This document shows, in pieces, positions 12,560-24,744 of a stretch of DNA of 64,000 nucleotides. The first letter of the stretch is position 1. The number at the start of each line of letters is the position of its first letter. The notes under the pieces were generated by a model. It was given only the letters and a program-made list of their open reading frames with translations, ran no database searches and was not told the DNA's origin. Both the position numbers and the translations under genes were made by a program. Source of the DNA: Mobula hypostoma (Eukaryota); contig NC_086097.1 of NCBI RefSeq assembly GCF_963921235.1, positions 238,888,001 to 238,952,000 on the forward strand. The letters are read 5' to 3'.

Positions 12560-13110
12560 AAGTGCAGCAGATAACGGAGGGCTCACACACACATTGAGCA
12601 AAGTATCTGTTTGCTTTGATGGTTGTAGTTGGGAGCTGAATGTCCAAGGTTACATGTTATATCAGAGGGACAGGAAGGTGTGGCTCCACTGGTAAAGCAT
12701 GGCATCAGATCAATAGAAAGATGTGACGTAAGATCGGAAGATGTAGAATCCTTGTGGGTTGAGTTAAGAAACTGCAAGGGTAAAAGAACATTGATGGCAG
12801 TCTTATACAGGCCTCCCAACAGCGGTTGGGAGGTGGACCACAGGTTACAAAAGGAAACAGAAAAGGCGTGTCAAAAGGGCAATATTATGGTAGTTATGGG
12901 AAATTTTAACATGCAGGTCGATTGGGAAAATTCGGTTGGTAATGGATCTCAAGAGAGTGAGTTTGTAGAATGCCAAAGTGATAGCTTTTTAGAGCAGTTT
13001 GTCATTGAGCCTACTAGGGGATCAGCTATACTGGATTGGGTGTTATGTAATGAACCAGAGGCAATTAGGGAGCTAAAGGTAAAGAACCCTTAGGAACCAG
13101 AGATCACAAT
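12560..13110 (+). mobile_element. CR1 ORF2 APE-endonuclease fragment
   Basis: ESLWVEL...YRPP...MGNFN...DW...FLEQFV.EPTRG.AILDWVL motifs in ORF 12629-13093. Confidence 0.85.
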
Positions 13111-13112
13111 AT

Positions 13113-13505
13113 GCTGCCATCTGGAAGGAAGTACAGGAGCCTTAGGTTCCACCTCACCAGATTCGGGAAAGTGTGTTACCCTTCAATTATTAGGCTTCTG
13201 AACCAAGTTAAAAAAACTTCACTCATCTCAACACTGAACTGATTCCACAACTTATGGACTCACTTTCAAGGACTCTACAACTCATTTTCTCGGTATAGTT
13301 CATCTACTTATTTATTATTTTCTTTTGTACTGCACAGCTTGCCTTCTTTTCAACATTGGTTGCTTGTCAGTCTTTGTGTGTAGTTTTTCACTGATTTTAT
13401 TGTATTTCTTTGTTCTACTGTAAGTGCCTGCAAGAAAATGAATCTCAGGGTAGTATATGGTAACATATGCATACGTTGATAATAAATTTACCTTGAGCTT
13501 TGAAG
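13113..13505 (+). mobile_element. Rex1/Babar-like 3' end
   Basis: LPSGRKYRSL motif, then the gaatctcagggtagtatatggt...aataaa tail shared with many copies. Confidence 0.65.
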
Positions 13506-14268
13506 TTTCCCATATCTTCACCAAATGCTTGCTAAGTTCATTCACAGCGTGAACTTCCAGCAAATATTTCCTTCTTTCCCTGCTTTATTCGTCTTTAAAT
13601 GCACAAGGACATTCCATAGAGCTATCGTATTATCTGTTCATGAACCACCTTTAGAAATTTTCAACAATGTGTTAAACAGCTAGTGTACTACCCAGGATTC
13701 GCCATGGCTGTATTCTGCAACTATTGTGTACCTCAATTGTAAGTGATGCCGCACAATCTATTGGCTCACTGATGAGTTTGATTTGTTTTTTACATAAAAC
13801 CAAATAGGAAAATCTAATTAGATTAAATCTCTTTATCTCCAAGTCTTAGTAGAAGCACAACTCAAAATAATGAAACCAAAAGTCTTTCAAGACTTCAATT
13901 CTTGGAAGAACATTAAGTTTTCATTCATAAAGTAGCAGTCTCTAATGTTATAAATCCGTAACACAAAGCTGTTCACAACAAATAAGAAGTGACAGTGAAA
14001 TGAGGCAGCTGCAGTCAGAGCTCACAAGGAAGGCTGATACAAGTATTAATGCTGAAGGGCTAATACTAATACTAAGAGTAATTGATTGTAGTGCACAGGT
14101 GAGCAACATTTCATTTCATAGTTCTGACAATCACAACCTGAATTTGTATAAAGTTCATTCAAAACAGTCATGAAAAACTCTGTAAATTGTTTTTCATGCG
14201 AGTTCTACCATCATAAGGAAAATACTGCTTCCATTATTGTATGTCATGGAAGGATAGCCATGAGACAT

Positions 14269-14517
14269 TGTGGTAAACCATATATATATATATATATATA
14301 TATGTTGTAACTGGGTTACCTGTCTGGACACCCCCCTCTGCTGACTGTCCCTGTGGCTCCTCCCACAGACCCCTGAATAAAGCCGATTGCGCCATTGCTC
14401 CTCCTCCTCAGTCCAGAGGCAGATACTCAGCATGATAGAGGTCACATTTTACTGCTAATAAAAGCCTTTCAGTATTTACACTACTTCCAGTCTTTTGGAG
14501 TTATTGATGGTGCATCA
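14269..14517 (+). mobile_element. Short solo LTR (~250 bp)
   Basis: TG(tggtaaa)...(ggtgcat)CA termini, AATAAA, and a 5-bp TSD gacat at 14264-14268 and 14518-14522. Same family as the arms at 38037-38425. Confidence 0.85.
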
Positions 14518-15279
14518 GACATGCTCCTGAAAATCCATCAAGATGTATTCAAAGGCAACACTCCAAAAACTAAGCAATTACTCACATAAGTTAGCACTGC
14601 TGGTAAAATTTTTCAAATCCAAAGTTCAAAGTTCAAAGTAAGTTTATTATAAAAGTACTTATATGTCACCATATACAACCCAGAGATTTGTTTCCTTGTG
14701 GGCATACTCAATAAATCCAAGAACCATAATAGAATTAATGAAAGACCACACCCAACATTCCTTTCTCGATTCTATTATAGTTCTTGATTTACTGAGTCCA
14801 GATCCACTGGAGCACATAGCTGTGGGCACGCTATGTAAGTGCCAGAATGTGTGCCGACAATTACAGGCTGCCCCCAGCACCTCCTTGGGTGCATTAGTTG
14901 TTAACGCAAACGTTAACGCAACATTTCACTGTAAGTTTTGATGTACATGTGATAAGTACACTTTTAATCTTGAATGAAATTGCTCTTGCATAGTCTCTAG
15001 TTATTGCTACAAGAGTATAAGATATTGTTATGGCTCTTAAGGTCTTAACCAATTGGCTTGTAGGAAAAGCACAAAAATGGGAAATAAAATTTTCAGTGTG
15101 AATCAGAACTTTTCTTTTGGAAATACAAATAGAATCCAGAAATAAAAGGCAGAGAGGAACAAAAGTGATCCTTTTATGGGTCAGCATTTACTAGCTTGAG
15201 ATTAATTTTCTTGCAGGCATTCACAGTAGAACAGAAATACAATAGAATCAATGAAAAACTACACACAATGAAAAAGCAC

Positions 15280-16032
15280 ATATCTAAGAAGAGATGTGCT
15301 GGCATTAGAGAGGGTTTAGAGGAGGTTCACAAGGGAACGAAAGGGTTATCATATGGGGAACATTTGAGAGCTCTGTGTCTGTACTCACTAGAATTTAGAA
15401 GTATGGGGGGGGGTGCAGATCTCATTGATACCTTTTGAATGCTGAAAGGCCTAAATGCAGTAGATGTGGAAAGGATGTCTCCCATGGTGGGGGAGTCCAG
15501 GACTAGAGGGCACAGCCCCAGGATAGAGGGGGCATCCATTCAAAACAGAGATGCGGAGAAATTTCGTTTGCCAGAGGGTGGTGGATTTGTGGATTTTATC
15601 AGCACGGGCTGCTATGGAGGCGAGGTCATTAGGAGTATTGCCGGCGACGGTGGTGGAGGTGGATACAATAGGGTCTTTTAAGAGACTCTTAGATAGGTAC
15701 ATGGAGCTTAGAAAAACAAAGGGCTAGGTAATAGGGAAATTCTAGGCAGTTTCTAGAGAAGCTTACATGGTCGGCACACCACTGTGGGTCGAAGGACCTG
15801 TAATGAAACACTTCGCATATTCCCATCTTAAACTCTGTAGATTTCTGTGTTCTATGTTCTGTGTATTTAAGGTAGAGCTTGATAGGTTCTTGATTGGACA
15901 CAACATCAAAGGTTACAGGGAGAAGGGCGGGGAGAAAAGGATAAAAGGATCAGCCATGATTGAATGGCGGAGCAGACTCAATGGACCAAATGGCCTAATT
16001 TTGCTCCTATGTCTTATCGTCTTATGGTCTTA
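15280..16032 (+). mobile_element. CR1 3' end with a second CR1 3' end nested at ~15660-15865
   Basis: GLSYGEHLRALCLYSLEFR, ESRTRGHS and VFKVELDRFL motifs; (cttatggt) tail. Confidence 0.7.
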
Positions 16033-16048
16033 TATAAGCAAAGACTGA

Positions 16049-16903
16049 TGTGACGAGAATACACATAAAATTAAGATGTTTGCTGGCCTGGGTTAGCATC
16101 AGTGACATCAGCAAGTGGTCTGCCACCTGCCCTCAGGGGAAGGAGAGGTAAGGAACAATGGAGCAGCGTCTGGAGATATGTAATGAAGGGACGTGGGAGA
16201 AAGAGAGCTGTCTGGAGCAGCTCCCCCTTTGAACCCTGAACTGTTTGAAGTGATGGACAGGCGATACCCCAGCAGGGGGATAAAAAGGGACAGGTTCGCT
16301 AAGGCAGCACACACACGCCACCCGAGGTAACGAGACCCTGGAAGCGGTACACCTCTCACGAGTTGGTGAGAGGTATCGGACAACGGCCAGGGTGGAAAGG
16401 TACGATCAGCGGGAACCCGGTGTGTGTCCGCCCTTGCCTGGGTGCCGGGTTCACTGCAGAGGATCGACCGCATCTGGAGGAGGGGTCACAGTCGGTGACC
16501 TCAGGTGACATCACCAAGGACCCGCCCAAAAGTTGCTTGTGAGCAATCTCGCCGGTCTGTGAGTGAAGCCGTTCTGAATGATCAGTTGTTCCTGTTCTAC
16601 CTCTCTCTTCCCCCACGTTGTCCATCGCCATGGCAACGATTACTGCGAACTGAACTGGACTGAACTTTGAGTCACTTTGAAATTTGGTCATTTACCCCTA
16701 GACAACGATAGAGCTTGATTGATGCTGTTATCTTAATTCTGTGCACATGTGTGTTTATCATCGCTGAACTGTTGCATTTATTATCCTTTCGATTACTGTG
16801 TTGCTTGTTTCTTTAATAAAACTTTCTTAGTTCTAGTACTCCAGACTCCAACTGAGTGATCCATTTCTGCTGGTTTGGCAACCCAGTTACGGGGTACGTA
16901 ACA
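16049..16903 (+). mobile_element. Young solo LTR (855 bp; Gypsy/ERV1-type 4-bp TSD)
   Basis: tgtgacg...cgtaaca termini, TSD ctga at 16045-16048 and 16904-16907, TATA-like gataaaaa ~16279, AATAAA ~16815, many CpGs retained. Confidence 0.9.
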
Positions 16904-17247
16904 CTGACAAATAACCTATGGGTTAATAAATGAGCAGGAAGCGAGCAGATGGAGCCAAATGGAGTTTAAGGTGGGGATATGTAAAGCGCTTCAATTTGGA
17001 AGGAAGAGTGATTTAAAAAAATATTGTCTGTGGAGAATGGAGGATGGAATGTAGGGCTAATCATAGTTGAAATATATATAACATGAAATATATATAACAG
17101 AAATCTAGCGTGCTGGAGTAACAATCAATTAAAGGTCTATGGGATGCTGGATTTTCTTTCAAAGGGACCAAAGTATGAAACCAGGGAAGTCCTGGAGGCT
17201 TTGTAAAACCACATCCAGTAAATGTTGTTTAATTTTGGTCCCCTTAT

Positions 17248-17543
17248 GGCCAAGTGGTTAAGGCATTGGACTAGCAACCTGAAGGTCATGAGTTCGAGCC
17301 CCAGCTGAGGTAACATGTTGTGTCCTTGAGCAAGGCACTTAATCACACATTGCTCTGCGACGACACTGGTGCCAAGCTGTATGGGTCCTAATGCCCTTCT
17401 CTTGGACAACATTGGTGTCGTGGAGAGGGGTGACTTGCAGCATGGGCAACTGCTGGTCTTCCATACAACCTTGCCCAGGCCTGTGCCCTGGAGTGTGAAG
17501 ACTTTCCAGGCGCAGATCCATGGTCTCGCAAGACTAATGGATG
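17248..17543 (+). mobile_element. tRNA-derived SINE, copy 1, inserted in a CR1 remnant
   Basis: A/B boxes tggccaagtgg and gagttcgagccc; flanked by ccttat; near-identical reverse copy at 36794-37108. Confidence 0.85.
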
Positions 17544-17689
17544 CCTTATTTAAGGAAATATGTATATATTATCCTTACAGTAGTAGTGGCCGCTTTACTT
17601 CTCTCTGAAACTGGATCTTTGATTTCCCCATCCAGAGACCACAGTCTATGCGGATCAGAAATAGCATCTGGCATTGCCCATTGCTCTAG

Positions 17690-18600
17690 TCTCTCTACAC
17701 CCACAACTGTGTGGCTCAGCACAGCTCAAATGCCATCTATAAATGCCAATAATTGTACCATCAACAATCTATAAATAGCTGATGGCACGACTATTCCTGG
17801 CAGAATTTCAGATGGTAATGAGGAAGCATACTGGAGTGAGAAAGGTCAACTGACTGAGTGGTGTCATAGTAACAATCTTTCACTCAACATCAGCAAGACC
17901 AAGAAATTGATTCTGCACTTCAGGAAGGGGAAATTGAGGGATCAAAAGTGGAAAAGGTGAGCAGTTTCAAGTTCCTTCGTATCAAGAAATTTGAATATCT
18001 ATTGTATAGGCCCAACATATTGATGCTATTACAAAGAAGGCCTGACAGCAGCTATATTTCGTTCAAGTCTGAGGTGAATTGGCATGCCACCAAAGATACT
18101 CGCAGATCTCTACAGATGCACAGTGAAGAGCATTCTAACTGGCTGCATCATCAACTGGTACGGAGGAACCACTGCACAGGATCGGAAAAAGCTGCAGATT
18201 AAAGTTGTAAACTCAGCCAACTCCACTGGGGAGCTAGTCTCAACAGCATCAAGGATACATTCAAAAGGTGATGTCTCGAAAGGCGGCATTCATCATTAAG
18301 GATATCCAGGACATGCAGTCTTCACTTTGCTACCGTCAGGAGGTACAGGAGCCTGAAGACACACACTGAATGTTCCAGGAACACCCTGTTCCCCTCAGCC
18401 ATAAGATTTCCAAATGGACAATGAACCCATGAAGATGACCTCAGTACTCTTTCCTCACTTTTTGCACTATTTATTTATTTTTATATATACTTTGTAATTT
18501 ATCATATTAATTATTATGTATTACAATGTACTGCTCTTGCAAAGCAACAAATTTCATGATATATGCCAGTGATATTAAATACGATTCTAATTATGAATCT
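17690..18600 (+). mobile_element. Degenerate Rex1/Babar-like LINE (RT C-terminal part and tail)
   Basis: ADGTT, WC..NNL.LNISKTK, VEKVSSFKFL and YRCTVKSILTGCI.NWYG motifs. Confidence 0.75.
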
Positions 18601-18889
18601 GAGAAAGGTGCACTTGGAAATCTTATGAGTAAAGTTTGAACATATTGTGTTCTGTAAAAACCAAGAGGATCGTCAGGGTCTCCCTCCCCCCAATTTGTGA
18701 CACTTATCGAAAATATTGCAGACCAAGGGCCTAAGGCATTTCTGAGGACCCCTACCACCCATCCCACAATCTCTTTGACTGACGACTTTCAGGAAGGAGG
18801 GACAGGAGCGTCAGGACTATGACTGCCTGACTGGGTAACACCTTCTTCCCTTAGGCTGATGAGACTAATGAATACCAGCAAGGTCTCAA

Positions 18890-19250
18890 TATTGAGGTAT
18901 ACAGAACTATGACGGGTATAGACTGAGTAAATGCAGCCAGTTTTTCCACCGAGGTTGGGTGGGACTACAACCAGAGTTAAAGTGAAAGGTGAAAAGTTTA
19001 AGGGGAGCATGAGAGAAAACGTCTTCACTCAGAGGGTCATGAGAGTGTGGAACAAGTTGCCAGCATAAGTGGTGCATGCGAGCTTGATTTCAATATTTAA
19101 GCTAAGTTAGGGTACGTACTTGGATGGTAGGGGTATGGAGGGCTATAGCCCGGGAGCAGGTCAATGGGAGTAGGCAGTTTAAATTGTTGACATGAACTAG
19201 ATGGGCTGAAAGGCCTGTTTCTGGGCTGTACTGTTCTATGACTTTATGAC
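18890..19250 (+). mobile_element. CR1 3' end nested in a different Rex1-like 3' end (~18600-19460)
   Basis: FTQRV..VWN motif and (ctatgact) tail; flanks are colinear Rex1-like sequence. Confidence 0.65.
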
Positions 19251-19694
19251 TGTTTGACCAGGACAGTGAGCTGTTTACGGTACTGCTTACTCTTTATTGT
19301 TTACCTGTGTTGCACTTTATTACATGCATTTTGAGTTATATTTTATTAACTTATTTATAATATAATATTTTGGTTTATATGCTACATGTAATATATGTAG
19401 TCTGGGGGAAGGTTGTATTGTTTGGCTGTACACTAAGATGATAATAAACTTGAACTTGCGACTTGCGGCTGTACTCATTAGAGATCAACTTACTAAACTA
19501 TACAAGATTCTTTAGGAGTTTGACAGGGTAAGTTCTGGGAGGATATTTCCCTAACCAAAGAATTCAAGACCAAAAGTGTACAAGAGAATATTCATTTATG
19601 ACTGAGAGGATGAAGTTATGAATCTTTGGAACTCCTTGCTCCAGAAATTGGTATATATCAAAGATTCAAAGTACATTTATTATCAAAGAATGTA

Positions 19695-20940
19695 TAACCA
19701 TCGAAACCATAAAAACCATAGGAACTACAGCACAGAAACAGGCCTTTTGGCCCTTCTTGGCTGTGCCGAACCATTTTCTGCCTAGTCCCACTTACCTGCA
19801 CACAGACCATATCCCTCCATACACCTCCCATCCATGTATCTGTCCAATTTATTCTTAAATGTTAAAAAAGAACCAGCATTTACCACCTCGTCTGGCAGCT
19901 CATTCCACACTCCCACCACTCTCTGTGTGAAGAAGCCCCCACTAATGTTCCCTTTAAACTTTTCCCCCCTCACCCTTAACCCATGTCCTCTGGTTTTTTC
20001 TCCCCGTGCCTCAGTGGAAAAAGCCTGCTTGCATTCACTCTATCTATACCCATCATAATTTTATATACCTCTATCAAATCTCCCCTCATTCTTCTACGCC
20101 CCAGGGAATAAAGTCCTAACCTATTCAACCTTTCTCTGTAACTGAGTTTCTCAAGTCCTGGCAACATCCTTGTAAGCCTTCTCTGCACTCTTTTAACCTT
20201 ATTTATATCCTTCCTGTAATTTGGTGACCAAAACTGAACACAATACTCCAGATTCAGCCTCACCAATGCTTTATACAACCTCACCATAACATTCCAGCTC
20301 TTATACTCAATACTTTGATTAATAAAGGCCAATGTACCAAAAGCTCTCTTTACGACCCTATCTACCTGTGACACCACTTTTAGGGAATTTTGTATCTGTA
20401 TCCCCAGATCCCTCTGTTCCACTGCACTCCTCAGTGCCTTACCATTAACCCTGTACGTTCTACCTTGGTTTGTCCTTCCAACGCGCAATACCTCACACTT
20501 GTCTGTATTAAACTCCATCTGCCATTTTTCAGCCCATTTTTCCAGCTGGTCCAAGTCCCTCTGCAGGCTCTGAAAACCTTCCTCACTGTCTACTACACCT
20601 CCAATCTTTGTATCATCAGCAAATTTGCTGATCCAATTTACCACATTATCATCCAGATCATTGATATAGATGACAAATAACAATGGACCCAGCACTGATC
20701 CCTGTGGCACACCACTAGTCACAGGCCTCCACTCGGAGAAGCAATTCTCTACCACCACTCTCTGGCTTCTTCCATCGAGCCAATGTCTAATCCAATTTAC
20801 CACCTCTCCATGTATACCTAGCGACTGAATTTTCCTGACTAACCTCCCATGCGGGACCTTGTCAAAGGCCTTACTGAAGTCCATGTAGACAATATCCACT
20901 GCCTTCCCTTCATCCACTTTCCTGGTAACCTCCTTGAAAA
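19695..20940 (-). mobile_element. Young 5'-truncated CR1 LINE with reverse transcriptase domain
   Basis: Uninterrupted RT reading frame with YMDFSKAFDKVPH, GVPQGSVLGPLLF and FADD; one frameshift near 19975; (ctatggtt)n tail. Inserted into a non-autonomous element (~19655-21420). Confidence 0.92.
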
Positions 20941-21489
20941 AATAAGTTATATTTGTTTGCTTACAGGTAGCTACAAAGCAAGAAACCTGAAAGAACCCAA
21001 TTAAAGAAAATAATTTTAAAAAACAACAGCTGATGCACAAGAGAAGGGGGAAAACACAAATCATGCAAACCGCTGAAGCTGGACAACAACTTTCTGAACC
21101 AAATTGAGTCGTCAGATCCGAACCCGGAGCAGCCCGGAGTAGGCCCAAAGCCTTGCTTATCAGTTCATCATATTAGTGGGCACGGAGTACAGCAGTTGAG
21201 ACAGTTTTCATAGCCTCAGCGCCAGAGACAGTGGAGTGACCATCGCGGAGAACGTGTGAAATCCCTCGGATCCCGATAGATCGGATCTTTTCAGTCTAGC
21301 TGGGCCAGCATTTACATTGACCAAACAACAGAACAGCGAAAGGCACTGACACCTTGGAGAGAGGAGTAAAATCGACTCTCGCCTCCGATCTGGGCTGGCG
21401 TTTAAATTGTCTACGTGTGACAAGTAAAGCTAATCTTTAGACCTGACTACAACATTATCTCTGGTGGTATGAAAAGCACATGGCCAGAT

Positions 21490-21610
21490 AATAAAAACGC
21501 AGACACGAGGAAATCTTCAGATGCTGGAAATTCAAGCAGCACACACAAAAAATGCTGGTGAATGCAGCAGGCCAGGCAGCATCTATAGGAAGAGGTACAG
21601 TCGACGTTTT
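21490..21610 (-). mobile_element. Penelope-like 3' terminal fragment
   Basis: gatgctggaaattcaagcagcacac...ggcagcatctatagg...cagtcgacgttt; inverted homolog of 22235-22335. Confidence 0.65.
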
Positions 21611-22234
21611 TTGTGTGTGTGGCCAGATATTAAAAGCTTTTACTAATTACTGTTGAAATGAATCCAGCTTCAAGTACTGCATCAAAGAGCCAGTTAATGC
21701 ATCAGGTTGAAAGCAACAAAAAGCTGCTTCTACATTATACTGCCTGCAGAACCAACTGAGGATAATTCAGAGTTCCAGCACATTTATTTTTCTTACAAAT
21801 CCTCAATATTTTTCTCAATGCCTATAGAGTTAGATTCCACTTGAGACATTATTCGTGAAGAGCATGTAACTGTTATCATGGTCCTGCAGTGATATTACTC
21901 CTCCATAAAGAGCACTTCTGTGCTTCAAACAGGCCTACTACAGCTATCAGTCTGAAGGATTGGTTCTTCACATAGGACACATTTCACTCCTTTTTCCTTG
22001 TCTCCCAATTTACAGCAGAGTCAACACTGAGATGTAGAATGTACATTGTGAAGTAATTTAACACATTTTGACATCTCAATTCTCTGCTGTCTCTAGGCTG
22101 CTTCATTACATTCGGTGGTTGGAATTATGTTTGGAATCTGTTTTCAATCCTTGCAGACTCAAAATCTTAACAAGCCGTGAATACTTTGTCATTCCAACTC
22201 TTCAAATTACTAAAACAACAGGAATTCTTAACTT

Positions 22235-22271
22235 AGTCCTGACGAAGGGTCTGGGCCTGAAACGTCAACTG
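22235..22271 (+). ncRNA. Minimal type I hammerhead ribozyme motif at the start of a Penelope-like 3' fragment (22235-22335)
   Basis: AGUC-CUGACGA-AGG-GUCUGGG-CCU-GAAA-CGUC-AACU: both core boxes, a 3-bp stem II and a GUC triplet; one mismatch in stem I. Confidence 0.65.
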
Positions 22272-22589
22272 CACCTCTTCCTACAGATGCTGCTTGGCCT
22301 GCTGCGTTCACCAGCAACTTTGATGTATGTTGCTTCAAATGACTCAATTTGATTTGATTTTGCCTGTCCTGGGCTTTGTTGGTATGCAGCTTACCCTCTC
22401 ATTAGGTTGCATTATGAAACTCCTTACAGAACTCCTCTTACTCCTAGCAAGATCTGCTCATATACATCTTTTGTTTTAATTACAAAGTTCTGAATCCTAA
22501 CAAAATTCAAAAACTTGTCTCAAAAATCTCCGCCTCCTGGAAGTGCAGTTTATGAGCTTCACCCAAACTGCAATTTTGAAAACAGCATG

Positions 22590-23100
22590 GTTTATTTATT
22601 TATTGAGATACAGCGCAGAATAAGCCCTTACAGCCCTTCGAGCAACCCTCAATTTAACCCCAGCCTAATCAAGGGATAATTTACAAAGACCAATGAATCT
22701 GCCGACATCACTGGCCTGTGGAATGAAACCGGAGCACTCAGAGGAAACTCACGCTGTCATGCAGAGAACGTACAAACTCCTTACAGACAGTGGTTTCTGT
22801 GGTAGCATCAGCCATTACAGTGCCAGCCAACACCGATTGAGGTTCAATTCCTGCTTCTTTCTCGAAGGAATTTGTATGTTCTACCATACCTGTGTAGGTT
22901 TTGTCTGGAGGCTTCAGTTTCCTCCCACACTCCAAAGGCATAACGGTCAGGGTTAGTGAGTTATGGGCAGTGCTAGAAGCATGGTGACACTTGCCGACTG
23001 CCCCCAGTACTTTCCTCGCTGATTTGATTTGACGCAGATGACACAATTCGCTTATGTCCTGGGTGTACATGTGACAACTAAAGCTAATCTTTATCTTTAC
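22590..23100. mobile_element. Two V-SINE-like copies head to head (minus ~22590-22790, plus ~22800-23100)
   Basis: V-domain-like motifs on both strands; ggttcaattcc B box ~22841. Confidence 0.6.
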
Positions 23101-23289
23101 AATGTGTATTTAGCAAGCTGGATGCAGTTTACCAAAGAATCTTTTCATAACACGTTCCCAAATGCCTTTATTAGTGTCTTCCATGAATAAACATGCATGA
23201 TCATCAACAAAAACAATCTCTAGATGCTGGAAATCCAGAGAAAAACACACAGACACACACACACACACACACACACACAAATTTATCCA

Positions 23290-24371
23290 GGAAACCACAA
23301 CCCTGTCATGGTTTGGATGCTTGCATGCCTGAATCATCCTGAGAACAAAGCTGGCTGGAGTCAGGGATTTATGCTTTGGCTCTTGGTAGGGCCACCTATG
23401 CCAAACAGGTCAAAGGGCAGAGGCCAGATTAAGAGTTGTCCACTGGTCCTCCAGGTTCAGGAGTTCGGCTCACGGCTAACAACAACCCTGACTGGTCAAA
23501 AAAATTGTTATGGAAACGGCAATGAAGAATCCTTCTACATCTGAAGATGATGGTAAGAGTGACGTCGGAGGTGATAGGGTCATAAAGAGAGCTTTTGGTA
23601 CATTGGCCTTTATAGATCAAAGTATTGAGTATAAGAGTTGGGATGTTATGGTGAGGTTGTGAGGGTGAGGCCGAATTTGGCGTATTGTGTTCAGTTTTGG
23701 TCACCAAATTACAGGAAGGATATAAATAAGGTTGAAAGAGTGCAGAGAAGGTTTACAAGGATCTTGCCGGGACTTGAGAAACTGAGTTACAGAGAAAGGT
23801 TGAATAGGTTAGGACTTCATTCCCTGGAGCGTAGAAGAATGAGGGGAGATTTGATAGAGGTATATAAAATTATAATGGGTACAGATAGGGTAAAGTCAAG
23901 CAGGCTTTTTCCGCTGAGGCTAGGGGAGAAAAAAACCAGAGGACATGGGTTAAGGGTGAAGGGGGAAAAGTTTAAAGGGAACAGTGGGGGCTTCTTCACA
24001 CAGAGAGTGGTGGGAGTGTGGAATGAGCTGCCAGATGAAGTGGTAAATGGCTCACTTTTAACATTTAAGAAAAATTTGGACAGGTACGTGGATGAGAGGT
24101 GTATGGAGGGATATGGTCCAGGTGCAGGTCAGTGGGACTAGGCAGAACAATGGTTCGGCACAGCCAAGAAGAGCCGAAAGACAAGTTTTTGTGCTGTAAT
24201 GTTCTATGGTTCTATGGTTCTACTCCTCAGTCTCCACCCAGAAGTTGCATGACGACAGTAGTGAAAACTGAAAGGAAGCCACTGACATGACGAAGGAAGC
24301 CCTAAACACCACCGAGATGGAGGACCTTCATTGCTGCCCTAAGTGTCAGCAGTGTAACAAGCAGTAAGTAA
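23290..24371 (+). mobile_element. RTE-derived family A, copy 3, split by a CR1
   Basis: The halves 23290-23555 and 24222-24371 join to give the same sequence as copies 1 and 2. Confidence 0.8.
23560..24221 (+). mobile_element. Young CR1 3' end
   Basis: ORF 23638-24141 (YCVQFWSP...FFTQRVVGVWNELP); (ctatggtt) tail; very similar to 19695-20370. Confidence 0.9.
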
Positions 24372-24668
24372 CACACAAAATACTGGAGGAACTCAGCAGG
24401 TCAGGCACCATCTGCAGAAAGGAGTAAAAAGATGATGTTTTGGGCCTACTCCCTTCATCAGGACTCTCCTCCATAGATGCTGCCTGACCTCCTGAGACCC
24501 TTCAGTAAGACTTGCTGAGTTTCTCCAGCATCAGGTACATGTGTTCTTGAGGAGGAATTTCTTCAGCCAGTGGGTAGTGAATCTCAGCCATCAACTTTCT
24601 GAACCATTAACACTACCTCACTACTTTTTTTTCTCTTTTTGCACAATTTATTTAACTTATCTTATTAA

Positions 24669-24669
<1 letters not shown>

Positions 24670-24741
<72 letters not shown>
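24670..24741. repeat. Compound (TA)n(CA)n microsatellite inside a Rex1-like tail
   Basis: Direct reading; similar tracts at ~10842-10870, 14281-14303 and 23245-23279. Confidence 0.95.

Positions 24742-24744
<3 letters not shown>

Noticed and set aside
19976..21148. 390-aa ORF as a host gene or complete RT gene
   Set aside because: Only ~19976-20940 is CR1 RT. The N-terminal ~65 aa read through an unrelated non-coding repeat, and there is no endonuclease domain.
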